This document shows, in pieces, positions 61,614 to 64,000 of a stretch of 64,000 bases of DNA. The position numbers and the translations under genes were made by a program. Within the stretch, counting starts at the first letter, position 1, and every line of letters begins with the position of its first letter. The stretch is from Neophaeotheca triangularis (taxonomy: Eukaryota): contig BAAIJX010000007.1 in assembly GCA_054600435.1 (NCBI GenBank), forward strand, positions 620,001-684,000. The letters are read 5' to 3'. A model generated the notes under the pieces. It searched no databases. It had not been told where the DNA came from and saw only the letters and a list, made by a program, of their open reading frames with translations.

Positions 61614-62384
61614 ATGGCGCGCATTTTCATCACCGGCTCGTCTGACGGCATCGGCCAAGCAGCAGCGAAGATTCTCTGTGAGCAGGGCCACGAGGTTTAC
61701 CTACACGCGCGAAACGCAGAACGAGCATCACAGGCGAAAACCGCTGTCCCGGGAGCTAAGGATGTCTTAATAGCAGACCTAAGCAAGCAGGACGAAACCA
61801 AGGAGCTTGCAAACCAAGTCAACAAGCTCGGCAAACTAGACACCATCGTCCACAACGCCGGCCTAGGTTTCCAACAGCCCTACTCCAAAAGCGCCGAAGG
61901 CTTTGCCACTGTCTTTGCCGTCAACAGTCTGGCCCCTTACATCCTGACCTGCCTGATGAACAAGCCAAAACGCATCCTTTACATGAGTTCCAGCTTGCAC
62001 ATGGGCGGCGACGGCAGCCTCGACGACATCGCCTGGACGAGTCGCTCATGGAAGGGGTTCGAAGCCTACAGCGACAGCAAACTTCACAATGTCATGCTCG
62101 CTCTGGCGGTTTCCAAGCGTTTCAAGGACGTCCATAGCAATGCCATGGACCCCGGATGGGTGCAAACGAAGATGGGCGGGGCGGGTGCCCCTGGCGACGT
62201 AGCGCCACCCTCGAGGCTTTTGGCCGAGTATGCGGCGGGTGAGCACAAGCTTGCTGGGGTTTCGGGGACGTATTTTAATGTCAAGGGGGCTACTGAGCCT
62301 TTGGCTGTGGCTAAGGATGTGGGCAAGCAAGATGAGTATCTGAAGAAGTGTGAGGGGTTTTCAGGGGTTTCGCTGGCCTCGTAA
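61614..62384 (+). CDS. Short-chain dehydrogenase/reductase, single exon
   Basis: TGSSDGIG, HNAG, YSDSK, DPGWVQTKMGG. Confidence 0.93.
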   Translation: MARIFITGSSDGIGQAAAKILCEQGHEVYLHARNAERASQAKTAVPGAKDVLIADLSKQDETKELANQVNKLGKLDTIVHNAGLGFQQPYSKSAEGFATVFAVNSLAPYILTCLMNKPKRILYMSSSLHMGGDGSLDDIAWTSRSWKGFEAYSDSKLHNVMLALAVSKRFKDVHSNAMDPGWVQTKMGGAGAPGDVAPPSRLLAEYAAGEHKLAGVSGTYFNVKGATEPLAVAKDVGKQDEYLKKCEGFSGVSLAS

Positions 62385-62949
62385 TCATTCGTAGACGCTT
62401 GAAAGGAAGGCTCAGTGTTCTTGTCATGATGGGCTCTACAACTTAAGCGTCCACTTGTACGCTAAGCATCTGTGATTTGCAGACGATCACCCATGACACT
62501 TGCTGAGCAGCAGTTCCGCTTTCCTGTCGTTCTGCTTTCCAAGTCATGTTTCTGTAATGGTATAGGCAAATGATAGCAAAGTATGTCACGTCACAAACGA
62601 CCCGCAATCTCAGGAAGCATCAAGAGCAGGAGATACAGGACGTAGGTTTGGTCTCTCGCGATTCGCATACCAGCAGTGAAGTGGTACGTCCGGTGGATTC
62701 GTGTCATGGACAATTGTCAGTGGTACTTCTTCCGGGAAATCGCGATGTTGTAAAGAAGAGAGAAGACCGAAAAGATGAGATGAAGTCGAGGTCGAGCAGA
62801 GACTGACTGACCGCGCGGAACATCCTCGGCGGAATGTGGACCCGACTCCACCCTCAGAGCTTTGCAAGCCAACTTCAATCTTCAAGCTTGCTTGCTCTGC
62901 CTTTTCTCTTCTTCCTCCAACACACACCGACATGTGAAATGCCAACGCC

Positions 62950-64000
62950 ATGGACACGCTCGACAAAACAGAGTGGGATGTCTTGATTTCCGGCACAGGG
63001 CTGAAACAATCTTTACTGGCGCTGTAGGGACGCCCCCACGACCATACTTCTATGTATGCACCTCAGGCTGACTGACCTCAAGGCCATCATGAAGCGCCCT
63101 TTCCCGCTCGGATAAGAAAATACTCCACGTTGATGCCAATACCTACTACGGTGGCGACGAAGCTGCGCTGAGCTTAAATGAGCTCGAAAATTGGGTCGAA
63201 TGGCATGCTTCGCCTGGTGGGACCAGGTTCAGCCTTGCAGAATGCGTGACCTTCCCCAGTGAGGAGGATGGACCAGGCAAAAAGCTCGCTACCCGAGGCT
63301 ACTCCATCTCGTTGGCTCCACAGATTCTATACACTCGCTCGAACCTGCTGTCTGCCCTGGTGTCGTCTCGTACCCACGGCCAGCTGGAGTTTCAGGCGGT
63401 AGGAAGCTGGTTCCTCCTGAATCAACCCGAGAGCCCACCACCCTCGTCTGGAGCTAGCGTAGTAAGAGTACCAGGCGGACGGGAGGACATATTCAGAGAT
63501 GATCACCTCGATCTGCGTTCGAAGCGCAGGTTGATGAAATTTCTGCAATTCGTCTCGAAGGCTTCGGAGGACCCTTCAGCATGGCAGGCTTCTGCTCAGA
63601 AGTCCTTGCCGACCTTCTTGGAGAAGGACTTTAACCTTGCGCCTGCTTCTCACGCGCCTTTGCTTGCTTTGACGCTGTCACGGGACGCGCCTGAGAAGAC
63701 AACAGTGGAGTACTCGCTGCCCAAGATCGAGAGGCACTTGAGAAGCATTGGTGTCTTCGGCCCAGGCTTTGGTGCAGTTTTACCCAAGTGGGGCGGTCTG
63801 GCCGAAATCGCACAGGTTGCTTGCCGCGCTGGCGCTGTCGGTGGAGGCGTTTATGTCTTGAATAAAGGCATCAAGTCTCGGTCTCTTTCGCCAATTGGCC
63901 AGGGGAAAGGACAAGACATTGAGCTTGCTGATGGTGAACGAGTCACCGCACAGCATGTCATCGCTGGGCTGGATGATTTTTCTGCTCCTGCAGCGGACTC
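62950..64000 (+). CDS. MRS6: Rab escort protein / Rab geranylgeranyltransferase component A (GDI/REP family); 3' end runs off the window. Exons 62950-63023, 63095->64000
   Basis: MDTLDKTEWDVLISGTGLKQSLLAL/ALSRSDKKILHVDANTYYGG; SISLAPQILY; RVPGGREDIF; PKWGGLAEIAQVACRAGAVGGGVYVL. Missed by the ORF track because it is open-ended. Confidence 0.88.

Noticed and set aside
1..64000. Intact transposon, CRISPR array or secondary-metabolite cluster
   Set aside because: No transposase, reverse transcriptase or tyrosine recombinase ORF, no repeat-spacer array and no PKS/NRPS backbone were seen.

Overview
Gene-rich 64-kb window of a filamentous ascomycete (Pezizomycotina; Dothideomycete-like by inference only), with short GT-AG introns carrying CTRAY branch points. 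In order it contains: SUB2/UAP56 helicase (partial), RNase P subunit Rpr2/Rpp21, an Acr-2-like Zn2Cys6 factor, a Pcl5/Clg1/Pas1-type Pho85 cyclin, a pathogen-related SnoaL-like protein, an MFS sugar transporter, an intron-containing tRNA-Asn(GTT), a CNT nucleoside transporter, a second MFS transporter, a membrane-anchored GH3 beta-glucosidase, an Svl3/Pam1-like ketopantoate-reductase-fold protein, a 5'-truncated 5S rRNA copy in a TpA-rich patch, an IFI6/IFI27-like protein, SRP receptor alpha, Yif1, a dienelactone hydrolase, the AreA/NIT2 GATA factor, a multiply disrupted TPR pseudogene, an SDR and a Rab escort protein (partial). The most notable unexplained signals are: (i) a 30-codon uORF with coding-like codon usage that is the first AUG in the cyclin's long AUG-free upstream region; (ii) the cleanly half-truncated 5S rDNA, resembling the scar of a 5S-targeting element such as a Starship; (iii) unusually long, structured first introns in SUB2 and the Svl3-like gene; (iv) a recurrent intergenic TACCTAGGTA palindrome. 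All gene models and identities were derived by eye; no searches were run.
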